A stretch of 64,000 bases of DNA from Acidimicrobiales bacterium (lineage in GTDB: Bacteria; Actinomycetota; Acidimicrobiia; Acidimicrobiales; SZUA-35). Shown here piece after piece: positions 18,725 to 27,076 of this stretch (positions are counted from its first letter, which is position 1; each line of letters starts with the position of its first letter). The stretch covers positions 115-64,114 of the forward strand of contig JAWSVN010000044.1 of assembly GCA_033851875.1 (NCBI GenBank), given 5' to 3'. Position numbers and translations under genes: made by a program. Under the pieces are notes generated by a model. The model saw nothing but the letters and a program-made list of their open reading frames with translations, had not been told where the DNA came from and did no database searches.

Positions 18725-20035
18725 ATGGACGGTGCTGAGATCATTCCCGGCGGCGGCTCGTTGATTCGAGTCGGGCCCTTCACGATGGTGACGAGCGGCT
18801 CGGTCGAGGTCGGCGTCGCCGCCATGGCGATGGCCGACGCGCTCGATCAGGCCGGGTCGTGGACGTTCGAGACGGTGGCCATGGCGCTGCACGAATTCGT
18901 CGTCGCACACCACCCGACCGGTGTCGCCGCCCTGCTCGACGACGACGAGCCGATCGCCTTCGCCTTCGACCAGGCCGAAGTAGTGATCGGCGAGCGTCGG
19001 GTGAAAGGCGAAGGGCGGGCCGGATGGACGACCGAGGTGGCCGACGACCCGGCGATCGAGCTCCGCCTCGCCGCCGTGCCGTTCTCGTCGGTCGTCGACG
19101 AGGTCGACCTCCGGGCCGGGCGGGTGCGCGCCGCCGGCGCCAGGGTGGTGCTCACCTCGGTGCCGGTCGCCGATGCCACGACCGACCAGCTCCTCAGCAC
19201 GCCACCGCCCCCGCCACCGCCCGCCGCCGAGGCCACCGTTCCCGCCCCCGACGAGAGCATCGCCGAGACCACCGCCGCCGAAACCACCGTGCCCCCGGCT
19301 CCGGAGCCCCCGGCCGGCGGCGACACATCGACGTCCGAGGACGCCGCGGTCGAGGAACCTGCAGCCGAGGCGGTCGCTGTCGAGGAGACCGAGACCGAGG
19401 ACGCCACGGCCGAGGAGCCGGCGGCCGAAGCGCCAGCCGCTGCCGAACAGGACGAGAGCGAGACCGCCGAGGAGGCCACCGCCACGCTGCTCGCCGTCGA
19501 CGCCCTCCCGGACCTGGACGAGCCGACGACGCCCACCCCCGCACCCGCGCCGCCGACGCCCTCTCCGTCACCATCGCCCTCACCGTCGGTCACGACCCCC
19601 TTCCCACCTCCCCCGTCCGCAGCTCCGCCGCCTCCTCCGGGTGGCTTCGGCGAGGTGCCGCCACCGCCGCCGACCATCGGTGCGCCGGCCGCCGCTGCGA
19701 CCCCACCTCCACCTCCGCCACCGGCTGTGGCCCCTCCGGCCCCGGCGGTCACTCCGCCCCCCATCCCGCCGTCATTTGCCGCTCCCGCCCCCGGGCCGAT
19801 CGAGGTCACTCCTCCCCCGGCCCCACCCGCCGGGTCCATGCCACCGCCGCCCCCTCCGCCCGGGTCCGTCACTCCTCCTCCGCCGCCGGCTGGATTCACT
19901 CCTCCCGCGGCGGTTCCCGCGCCCCCGCCCCCGCCCCCGCCGTCTGAGGAGCCGCCCCCCTCGTGGGATGCCGCGGTGCCGCCTCCCGACGACAGCCGAC
20001 GAGACCTTCCCCCTCCTCCGCCGCCCCCTGCCTGA
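18725..20035 (+). CDS. hypothetical protein: ~160-aa N-terminal domain, acidic Glu/Ala/Thr spacer, ~190-aa polyproline C-terminus
   Basis: Good codon bias throughout. No signal peptide or TM segment seen. Five PPPPPPP runs. The antisense Gly-rich ORF 18847..19899 is its mirror image. Confidence 0.7.
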   Translation: MDGAEIIPGGGSLIRVGPFTMVTSGSVEVGVAAMAMADALDQAGSWTFETVAMALHEFVVAHHPTGVAALLDDDEPIAFAFDQAEVVIGERRVKGEGRAGWTTEVADDPAIELRLAAVPFSSVVDEVDLRAGRVRAAGARVVLTSVPVADATTDQLLSTPPPPPPPAAEATVPAPDESIAETTAAETTVPPAPEPPAGGDTSTSEDAAVEEPAAEAVAVEETETEDATAEEPAAEAPAAAEQDESETAEEATATLLAVDALPDLDEPTTPTPAPAPPTPSPSPSPSPSVTTPFPPPPSAAPPPPPGGFGEVPPPPPTIGAPAAAATPPPPPPPAVAPPAPAVTPPPIPPSFAAPAPGPIEVTPPPAPPAGSMPPPPPPPGSVTPPPPPAGFTPPAAVPAPPPPPPPSEEPPPSWDAAVPPPDDSRRDLPPPPPPPA

Positions 20036-20067
20036 CCGACTGCGGCGGCTGCCGTCGACGGACCGGG

Positions 20068-21462
20068 TCAGCCGAGGATCCAGCTCGACCCGACCGTGCC
20101 GGCCGCCTCGGCCGCCACGAAGCGGGCCGTCGCCTCCGCCGACATCGTCCGCAGCGCCTGTTCGGCGTCGACGTCGGCCCGGCGGGCCAACTCGGCGAGG
20201 GCGGTCAGCCGACGACCGACCTCGCGCTCGTCGAGCGCCGATGGTCGTCCCCCGAGGGCAGCCCACAGGGCATCGTCGGACGGGAGTGCGTCGTCGCCAT
20301 CGACCCCGCGTTCGACTCGCCGCGCCAGCTTCTGGGCTCGGGCGAGTGCCGGCAACGACGCCGGAATGCCGTCCAGCAGCGACGAGCGACCCTTCTCGTC
20401 CTTCTTGATCCGCTCCCAGTTCCCGGCGACCGTGGCGGCATCGTCGGCGACCGTGTCACCGAACACGTGGGGGTGGCGGCCCACCAACTTGTCGTGGAGG
20501 GTGCTGGCGACGTCGGCCACGGTGAACCAACCGGCCTCGCTGGCCAACTCGGCGTGGAACAGGACCTGGAACCAGAGGTCGCCCAACTCCTCCTCGAGGA
20601 GCTCCATCGCCTCGGCCTCCGCGTCGCCACCGGCGTCGCTCGGGTCGAGGGTGGCGATCGCGTCGAGCGCCTCGAGCACCTCGTGGCTCTCCTCGAGCAG
20701 GTACGGACGCAACGACGTATGGGTCTGCTCGGCATCCCACGGGCATTCCGCTCGAAGCCGGCGCATCAGCTCGACCGAGCGATGCAACGCGCCGGCCACC
20801 GGCGCCGTCACCTCGGGCAGGTAGAGGGACGTCAGATGGTCGGGCTCGAAGGAGCGGTCGAGATCGGGCCAGGCGACCTCCTCGATGCGCTCGTCGTCGG
20901 TGCCGAGTCCCTGGAGGACGACGACCCGCTGCTCCGGTCCGGCGTCGATCGCGAGCTTGATGTCGCTCAGCACCCAGGGGGCGTGGGCGTGGGCCACCAG
21001 GAGCGGGCCGCTGTCACCGGCGGCCGCCTCCGCGAACACGTGACCGTCGATCAGGCGCACACCGGCCTCGACCGGGTCGATGGCCAAGCGGGCCCAGGCG
21101 ACGTCGAGGAAGCTCATCGACGGCACGAGGTCGACGTCGATGCGGTCGTCGGCCCGGAGGTGGGCGACCGACCGTTCGAGCACGAGGGGCGATCCAGGGA
21201 CCACGTAGCAGACGTCGTCGCCGCTCTCGGTCGCCGCCACCAATCGATCGGCGATCGTCCGGTAGACCGACGCCAGATCGTCGGCGTCGTCGTAGACGTG
21301 ATCGAAGGCTTCGGCGGTGGCCGGCGCCGACGCCGCGGACGGGTGGCGCCTCGTGCGGAGGAAGCAGCGGCCCGCCCGCTCCATCGCCCGGCGGGTGTCA
21401 TCGGTGATCTGACCCACCCCGCCGGGGCCGAGACCGGCGACGGTGAGGCGAGGCCGGTTCAC
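20068..21462 (-). CDS. mazG: MazG nucleotide pyrophosphohydrolase fused to an N-terminal tetrapyrrole-methylase-like domain (YabN-type)
   Basis: N-terminus 'LTVAGLGPGG'. MazG core 'ECPWDAEQTHTSLRPYLLEESHEVLEA' and 'ELGDLWFQVLFHA'. GTG start. Confidence 0.88.
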   Translation of the reverse strand: MNRPRLTVAGLGPGGVGQITDDTRRAMERAGRCFLRTRRHPSAASAPATAEAFDHVYDDADDLASVYRTIADRLVAATESGDDVCYVVPGSPLVLERSVAHLRADDRIDVDLVPSMSFLDVAWARLAIDPVEAGVRLIDGHVFAEAAAGDSGPLLVAHAHAPWVLSDIKLAIDAGPEQRVVVLQGLGTDDERIEEVAWPDLDRSFEPDHLTSLYLPEVTAPVAGALHRSVELMRRLRAECPWDAEQTHTSLRPYLLEESHEVLEALDAIATLDPSDAGGDAEAEAMELLEEELGDLWFQVLFHAELASEAGWFTVADVASTLHDKLVGRHPHVFGDTVADDAATVAGNWERIKKDEKGRSSLLDGIPASLPALARAQKLARRVERGVDGDDALPSDDALWAALGGRPSALDEREVGRRLTALAELARRADVDAEQALRTMSAEATARFVAAEAAGTVGSSWILG

Positions 21463-21463
21463 G

Positions 21464-22381
21464 TCAGTTCCCGATGCCGATGACCGACTGCGATTGCGGG
21501 TCCCACAGACCGATCTCGAGGTCGATCGTGGCGACGAGCGCCGCGAGTTCGGCCTGGGCGGCGGTGAACGCCAGCGTGTTGGCGTCGACCGTCGCCGGGT
21601 CGACCGGCTCGTAGCCGGTGACGACGATGAGGTGGAACCCGAACTGGGTGGCGACCGGGCCGACGACCTCGCCCTCGGTGGCGGCCGTGATCGCCTCGGC
21701 GAATTCCGGCACGTAGAGCGAGGGGTCGGCGCAACCGAGCTCGCCGCCCTGGGCGCCGCTGCCCGGGTCGAGGGAGTGCTCGATCGCGAGGGCGGCGAAG
21801 TCGCCCCCGTCCTCCAGTTCGGCGAGGAGTTCGTCGGCGAGGTCGGGGTCGTCGACGAGGATGTGGCTGGCGCACGGCACGTCGCCGGCCTCCGCGATCA
21901 AGGCCTCGCCCAACGCCTCCTGCTCCGCCGAGGTCACCGCGAGGAGCCCCAGGAATGGGGCGAGCGACTCCGACATCGACTCGGCGTCGTCCTCGAAGAA
22001 GCCGACCAGCTGTTCGTCCAGGATCCCCCGCACCTCTTCCAGGGCGCCGTCGGCGACCGTCGCGCCAGCCTCGGCCCGGAGGTGGGCCACCGTCTCGCGC
22101 TGGATCAGTCGGGTGAGCATGTCGCGCTCGATGTCTTCGGCCGGCGCCTCGCCGTAGGCGAGCTCGACGAACTCGGGCTCGGAGAGCACCGCGCCGAGGA
22201 CGTCGGAGAGTTCGTCGGCCGTGATCTCGCTCTGACTCCCATCGGAGAATTCGATCGTCGCCGCGGTGTCGGACCGATTGCTCCGGCTGACGCCACAGCC
22301 GGCGGCGAGCATCACGACGGCGAGCAGGGCGGCGCCGAATCGGCGAGTGTGGCGAGCGGGACGGGGTGCGCAGACGGTCAC
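21464..22381 (-). CDS. PpiC/parvulin-type peptidyl-prolyl isomerase lipoprotein
   Basis: Start at GTG 22381, followed by a lipobox 'MLAAGC'. Parvulin core 'ASHILV', 'GGELG' and 'GPVATQFGFHLI'. Confidence 0.8.
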   Translation of the reverse strand: MTVCAPRPARHTRRFGAALLAVVMLAAGCGVSRSNRSDTAATIEFSDGSQSEITADELSDVLGAVLSEPEFVELAYGEAPAEDIERDMLTRLIQRETVAHLRAEAGATVADGALEEVRGILDEQLVGFFEDDAESMSESLAPFLGLLAVTSAEQEALGEALIAEAGDVPCASHILVDDPDLADELLAELEDGGDFAALAIEHSLDPGSGAQGGELGCADPSLYVPEFAEAITAATEGEVVGPVATQFGFHLIVVTGYEPVDPATVDANTLAFTAAQAELAALVATIDLEIGLWDPQSQSVIGIGN

Positions 22382-22465
22382 GGCAGGCCAGGCTAGGGGC
22401 ACGGGGACGCCGCGACGCGGCACCCGGCTCGACGCCGACCCGACCCACGTGGGAGGAACCGATCC

Positions 22466-23224
22466 GTGCGCATCGCCGCCATCCAACACGACATCGTCTG
22501 GGAGGACGCCGACGCGACCATCCGTCGGCTCGATCCGGAGGTGGCCCGGGCCGCTGCGACCGGCGCCGAGGTGGTGCTCGTCTCCGAGATGTTCTCGACC
22601 GGCTTCTCGATGGCGACCGACCGGGTGGCCGAACCGGTCGATGGCCCGTCGGCCACCTTCCTGCGCCGGGCCGCCGAGTGCCACGGGCTCGTCGTCGGAG
22701 GCTCGATCCCCACCCGGCTCGACGACGGACGATGCGTCAACCGTTTCCTCTTGACCGGCCCCGACGGCGACCGGGCCCACTACGACAAGATCCACCCGTT
22801 CAGCTATGGCGGCGAACACGAGCACTACGCCGCAGGCGACCGCCTCGTCACCGTCGACATCGCCGGCGTGTCGTGCACCCTGTTCGTCTGCTACGACCTG
22901 CGCTTCGCCGACGAGTTCTGGAAGACGGCGCCGTCGACCGAGGCCTACCTCGTGGTGGCGAACTGGCCAGCCGGTCGCCGCCACCACTGGCAGGCCCTCC
23001 TGCGTGCCCGGGCGATCGAGAACCAGGCGTGGGTCGTGGCGGTGAACCGCATCGGCGACGACGGCAACGGGCTGGCGCACGCCGGCGACTCGACGGTCAT
23101 CGATCCGCTCGGCGAGATCGTCGTGAGCGCAGGGGACGCCCCGACGATCCTCAGCGCCGACATCGACCCGGCGAGGGTGCACGAGGCACGCGAGCGTTTC
23201 CCGTTCCTCCAGGATCGCCGCTGA
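22466..23224 (+). CDS. carbon-nitrogen hydrolase (nitrilase superfamily, omega-amidase/YafV-like)
   Basis: Glu-Lys-Cys triad context: 'VLVSEMF', 'HYDKIHPF', 'LFVCYDLRF'. GGGAGGAA lies upstream of the GTG start. Confidence 0.88.
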   Translation: MRIAAIQHDIVWEDADATIRRLDPEVARAAATGAEVVLVSEMFSTGFSMATDRVAEPVDGPSATFLRRAAECHGLVVGGSIPTRLDDGRCVNRFLLTGPDGDRAHYDKIHPFSYGGEHEHYAAGDRLVTVDIAGVSCTLFVCYDLRFADEFWKTAPSTEAYLVVANWPAGRRHHWQALLRARAIENQAWVVAVNRIGDDGNGLAHAGDSTVIDPLGEIVVSAGDAPTILSADIDPARVHEARERFPFLQDRR

Positions 23225-23272
23225 CCGATCGGCAGGCCCGACGGCCGTGTCGGAGCCGGCGGCCGCGCCGGG

Positions 23273-23869
23273 TCAGAGCACGCCGTGGACCTCGACCGCG
23301 ACCCTGGCCTGCGCCGGCCCTCGCACCACCTCGGCCCGCAACCCCATGGCCCGTGCGCCGTCGACGTTGAGCTGGTTGTCGTCGAGGAACAGCACCGATT
23401 CGGGGGCCAGCGCCAGGTCGGCGAGGAGGTACTCGAAGTAGTCTTCATCTGGCTTGATCAGGTCGAGTTCGAAGCTGAGGAACCTCCGCTCGAACAGGGC
23501 GCGCATCGCTGCCCCGTCCCGCTGGTGGTGCCAGTGGCGGGAGTTGGTGTTCGACACCACGCCGGTGACGCAGCGCTGGGCCACCTCCCGCACGAGCGCC
23601 TCGGCTCCCGCGAAGAACCCTCGGGGCCACGCCTCGAATCGCTCGAGGAACACCTCGGCCGACACGCTGAGCCCGAGGTCGTCGACGACCGCTGCTGCGA
23701 ACGTCGCCGCATCGACGCGGCCCCGCTCGAAGTCTCGTACCGCCCGGCTGGTGAGCCACCGCTGCCAGAACTCGTCGGCGTCGAGGGGCGCGTCGCCGAT
23801 CAGGTCGGTGAGGGGCCCCAGCTCCACGAGCACGCCACCCATGTCGAACATCACGGCGTCGATGGTCAT
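23273..23869 (-). CDS. HAD family hydrolase (subfamily IA)
   Basis: 'VMFDMGGVL' is the DxD-type motif I. 'VVSNT' and 'LFLDDN' are motifs II and IV. Confidence 0.85.
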   Translation of the reverse strand: MTIDAVMFDMGGVLVELGPLTDLIGDAPLDADEFWQRWLTSRAVRDFERGRVDAATFAAAVVDDLGLSVSAEVFLERFEAWPRGFFAGAEALVREVAQRCVTGVVSNTNSRHWHHQRDGAAMRALFERRFLSFELDLIKPDEDYFEYLLADLALAPESVLFLDDNQLNVDGARAMGLRAEVVRGPAQARVAVEVHGVL

Positions 23870-24019
23870 CGGCCGAATCTACTGGGCGATCGGCTGCCCA
23901 CTCGGGCCATTCGACCTGGTCACTCGGGCCGTCCGGCCCATGATCGGGCGCAACCGTCGGGTGGAATCCCCCATCACCGAGGGGTCAAGGTCGGCGGCAT
24001 CGGCGTCGTTATCTCCATC

Positions 24020-24853
24020 ATGATCTTCCGCCGTCTTGGTACCGTCGCTGCAGGTGCAGCCATCGCCGTCGCCGCCACCGCTTCCCCTGCGGCCGCCTTC
24101 TGGGGTCCGATCGTCGACCACGACGAACCCCAGCTCGTCGGCGACCGCGAGGTGTCGCTCATCCGGGGCAGCGAGACCTGGATCAACCTCGGTTGGACCT
24201 CCGACCAGGACATCACCGACTTCTCGATGACGGTGGAGGCCTCGACCTCGAAGGTCGAGATCGCCTACCCCGATCACGACCTCGACGGAACCCCCGACGC
24301 CGCCGCCGGCCTCTTCTGGGACAACGACCTCGTCGCCGGCGAGCTCGACACCGCCGCCTTCGAGCTGACGACCACCGTGCGGACGCCCAGCTACTTCTGG
24401 CTGAAGGTGTACGCCCACTGGACCGACGCCGAGGGCGTGCAGCACTCCGAGAAGATCGACACCATCTCGGTACGCACGTCGAACTACAAGGGTGACGACT
24501 ACGAGCTGCTCACCTCACAGGCCACCGTGTTCAGTGGCGGCGACGGCGCCAACAACTGGGTCGAGTTCGACTTCCTCGGCGTGTCGCCGATGAACAACGA
24601 CTTCGACATCACCGTGCGCAAGGGGCTCGACGAGGTCTACTACCCGCAGGAGACCTACACGAGCCTCCACCACGACGACAAGCTCGACGGCAGTGAGGAA
24701 GACGTCGCCCGGGTCTGGATCGATCCGGCCACCGTCACCCCCGGCACCTACGAGGTCGAGATCGAGGTCGACTACATCGACAACGAGGGCAAGACGAAGA
24801 GCAACCGGCACGACATCACCCTCACCGTGCTGGCCGCCGACTTCCAGGGCTGA
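24020..24853 (+). CDS. secreted hypothetical protein
   Basis: Internal ATG of ORF 23285..24853, giving a signal peptide 'MIFRRLGTVAAGAAIAVAATASPAAA'. Acidic, beta-rich sequence. No family recognised. Confidence 0.6.
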   Translation: MIFRRLGTVAAGAAIAVAATASPAAAFWGPIVDHDEPQLVGDREVSLIRGSETWINLGWTSDQDITDFSMTVEASTSKVEIAYPDHDLDGTPDAAAGLFWDNDLVAGELDTAAFELTTTVRTPSYFWLKVYAHWTDAEGVQHSEKIDTISVRTSNYKGDDYELLTSQATVFSGGDGANNWVEFDFLGVSPMNNDFDITVRKGLDEVYYPQETYTSLHHDDKLDGSEEDVARVWIDPATVTPGTYEVEIEVDYIDNEGKTKSNRHDITLTVLAADFQG

Positions 24854-24856
24854 CCC

Positions 24857-25729
24857 TCAGCGGCCCGGCGGCCGGTGATGACGGATGGGGCGCACCATCT
24901 TGTAGGGCGCCGGGAAGTCGTCCCACGTCGGGCCGGCGGTGATACCACCGTCGACGATCAGCTGCTGGCCGGTGATCCACTCGGCATCATCTGAGGCCAG
25001 GAACGCCACCGCAGCGGCGATGTCCTCGGGCTCGCCGACCCGACCGAGGGGCTGGCGTTCGTGCGAGGCCTGGCGGGCCTTCTCGATCCGGTCGGCGTCG
25101 CTGTCGGGGTGGCCGGCGTAGAGCGGGGTGGCGATGAGACCGGGCGAGACGGCGTTGCAGCGCACGCCGAGCGCCCCCAACTCGAGGGCGGCGGTCTCGG
25201 TGAGGCTGAGCACCGCTGCCTTGGCTGCGGTGTAGAGATGAGGCGCCCACCCGGCCCGGCGAGCGGCGATCGACGCGGTGTTGATCACCGCCCCTCCCCC
25301 GTCGGCCGCCAACACCGGCGTGGCGTGCTTGATGCCGAGGAACACCGAGCGCACCAACACGTCGAAGGTGAGGTCGAAGTCGGCGACGGACGTCTCGGTG
25401 ATCGGACCGAGCGCGCCGCCGAACCCGGCGTTGTTGCACAGGATGTCGAGGCGGCCGAACCCCTCGACGGCGGTGGACACCAGGCCGGCGACGTCGTCCT
25501 CGTCGCTCACGTCGGCCCGTTGGGTGACCAACCGCTCGCCGTGCTCGGCGACGAGGTCGTCGGCTCGTTCCGGGGCGAGGTCGCCGACGACGACGCGAGC
25601 GCCCTCGCCGAGGAGCCTGACCGTGATCGCTCGGCCGATGCCCGAGGCACCGCCGGTGACGACGGCGACCCGCCCGGCGAGCCGGTCGGGCACGGGCGGC
25701 TTCGGTGCGGGAGCCGGTACCTCACCCAT
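24857..25729 (-). CDS. SDR family oxidoreductase
   Basis: 'VTGGASGIGRA', 'NNAG' and 'YTAAKAA' are classical SDR motifs. The start overlaps the DUF169 stop by 8 nt. Confidence 0.92.
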   Translation of the reverse strand: MGEVPAPAPKPPVPDRLAGRVAVVTGGASGIGRAITVRLLGEGARVVVGDLAPERADDLVAEHGERLVTQRADVSDEDDVAGLVSTAVEGFGRLDILCNNAGFGGALGPITETSVADFDLTFDVLVRSVFLGIKHATPVLAADGGGAVINTASIAARRAGWAPHLYTAAKAAVLSLTETAALELGALGVRCNAVSPGLIATPLYAGHPDSDADRIEKARQASHERQPLGRVGEPEDIAAAVAFLASDDAEWITGQQLIVDGGITAGPTWDDFPAPYKMVRPIRHHRPPGR

Positions 25730-26564
25730 ACGACACCCCCAGTCCGGCGCGGGCGTCCTGTTGGACCCCGTAGTCGGGAATCGGGTAGCGGAACCCGTTG
25801 CCCGACAGCGCCTCCATGCCGGCGATCGCCTTGACGAGGAAGCCGGGCGGCGTCGCCAGGAGGAGTTCGTCGTCGCGCACGCCGCCGTAGCGCCGTTCGG
25901 CGAAGCACGGAATCGACACGCTCGGCTCGCCGGTGGCGAGGGCCCTCCCCCACGAGTCGGCGCACGCCGACTCGCCGACGCACCCCCACTCGAACTTCCG
26001 ATACCCCGACCACTGGAGCCCGTTGACGATCAGGATCATCTGCGCCGGGTTGGCGTAGACGAGAGCGATGTCGGGCGGATCGAGGCGACCGCTCGCCAGG
26101 GGCGAGACCGCCATCGCCTCGTAGCGGCCGTCGGGCACGGTGTGCATCGCGTGCTGGTGGGCCGAGGCGTCGGCGAGCGTCTCGAACCACACCCCCGCCA
26201 TCCGGTCGCCGCTCAACCACTCCTCGTCGCGCGGGTGGAGGCCGAGGACGGCCCCACACTGGGGACCGACGAGGTCGTCGTTGGTGATGCCGACCGTCCA
26301 GTTGAGGCGGGCCGCCATGCCGACGATCTGGTCGGTCGTGTGGATCGCCGACGGGCGGCGGATGCGGTCGACGGCCTCCATCTCGTCGGCGGTCGCGAAC
26401 ATCTTCATGCCGATCGGCGTGGTCCGCAGCCGGAGCAGGCGGTTGAGGTCGTCGACGAGCCGGGGCCAGTCGTCGATCGGGGAGTCGCTCGCGGCGCCAA
26501 CTGCTGGGTCGGCGACCGCGGGCTGCCCGCCCGCTGTGCCGATGGTCACGGGTTGCTCAGCCAT
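25722..26564 (-). CDS. DUF169 domain-containing protein
   Basis: Family assignment is from recalled overall sequence character, e.g. 'PIGMKMF' with conserved Cys positions. Start chosen at ATG 26564. Confidence 0.55.
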   Translation of the reverse strand: MAEQPVTIGTAGGQPAVADPAVGAASDSPIDDWPRLVDDLNRLLRLRTTPIGMKMFATADEMEAVDRIRRPSAIHTTDQIVGMAARLNWTVGITNDDLVGPQCGAVLGLHPRDEEWLSGDRMAGVWFETLADASAHQHAMHTVPDGRYEAMAVSPLASGRLDPPDIALVYANPAQMILIVNGLQWSGYRKFEWGCVGESACADSWGRALATGEPSVSIPCFAERRYGGVRDDELLLATPPGFLVKAIAGMEALSGNGFRYPIPDYGVQQDARAGLGVSYG

Positions 26565-26586
26565 GGGCCGAACGTACCCCTGTTGA

Positions 26587-27051
26587 GTGCCGCCGACGAA
26601 TTGCACTCAAGTGGGTTGGGAATGTCCCGATGACACCAGGGTGGACCTCCGTAGGACAGCTTCGATCGCCGTGACCATCGGGATCGCCCTCTCGACCGTG
26701 GCATGTGGAGAGTCGGCGACCTCCGAGGGCGCCCCGAGTCCGGAGCAGCTCGCCTACGAGGAACTCGTCGCCGAGAACACGACGACCACCACCCTGCTCA
26801 TCGAGGGTGAGCCCGAGACACCCCTCGCCGATGAGCAGGACCTGCTCGTGCATTTCGAGGCCGACTGGGTGTGCGAACTCCAGCGCCGCACGTTCGACAG
26901 TCCGGCCGCGATGTCGCAGACACTCGAGGAGAAGCTCGCCGCCAACGGCCTGAGCCTCGCCGACTACCAGACCTTCCGAGGCGAGGTGTCGAACTCCCAG
27001 GAACTCCGCGACTGGATCCTCTTCGTCTACCAGGAGAGCTGCCGGGCCTGA
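26587..27051 (+). CDS. hypothetical lipoprotein (alternative GTG start 26641)
   Basis: Lipobox 'ALSTVAC' after a short basic N-terminus. Acidic mature part. Confidence 0.6.
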   Translation: MPPTNCTQVGWECPDDTRVDLRRTASIAVTIGIALSTVACGESATSEGAPSPEQLAYEELVAENTTTTTLLIEGEPETPLADEQDLLVHFEADWVCELQRRTFDSPAAMSQTLEEKLAANGLSLADYQTFRGEVSNSQELRDWILFVYQESCRA

Positions 27052-27076
27052 CCGCCGCAACCGGCCCCGCAAGACG

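Noticed and set aside
18847-19899. 350-aa Gly-rich ORF on the minus strand
   Set aside because: It is the mirror image of the polyproline gene (CCN codons read as GGN). The plus-strand frame has a coherent N-terminal domain and normal codon bias from its ATG.
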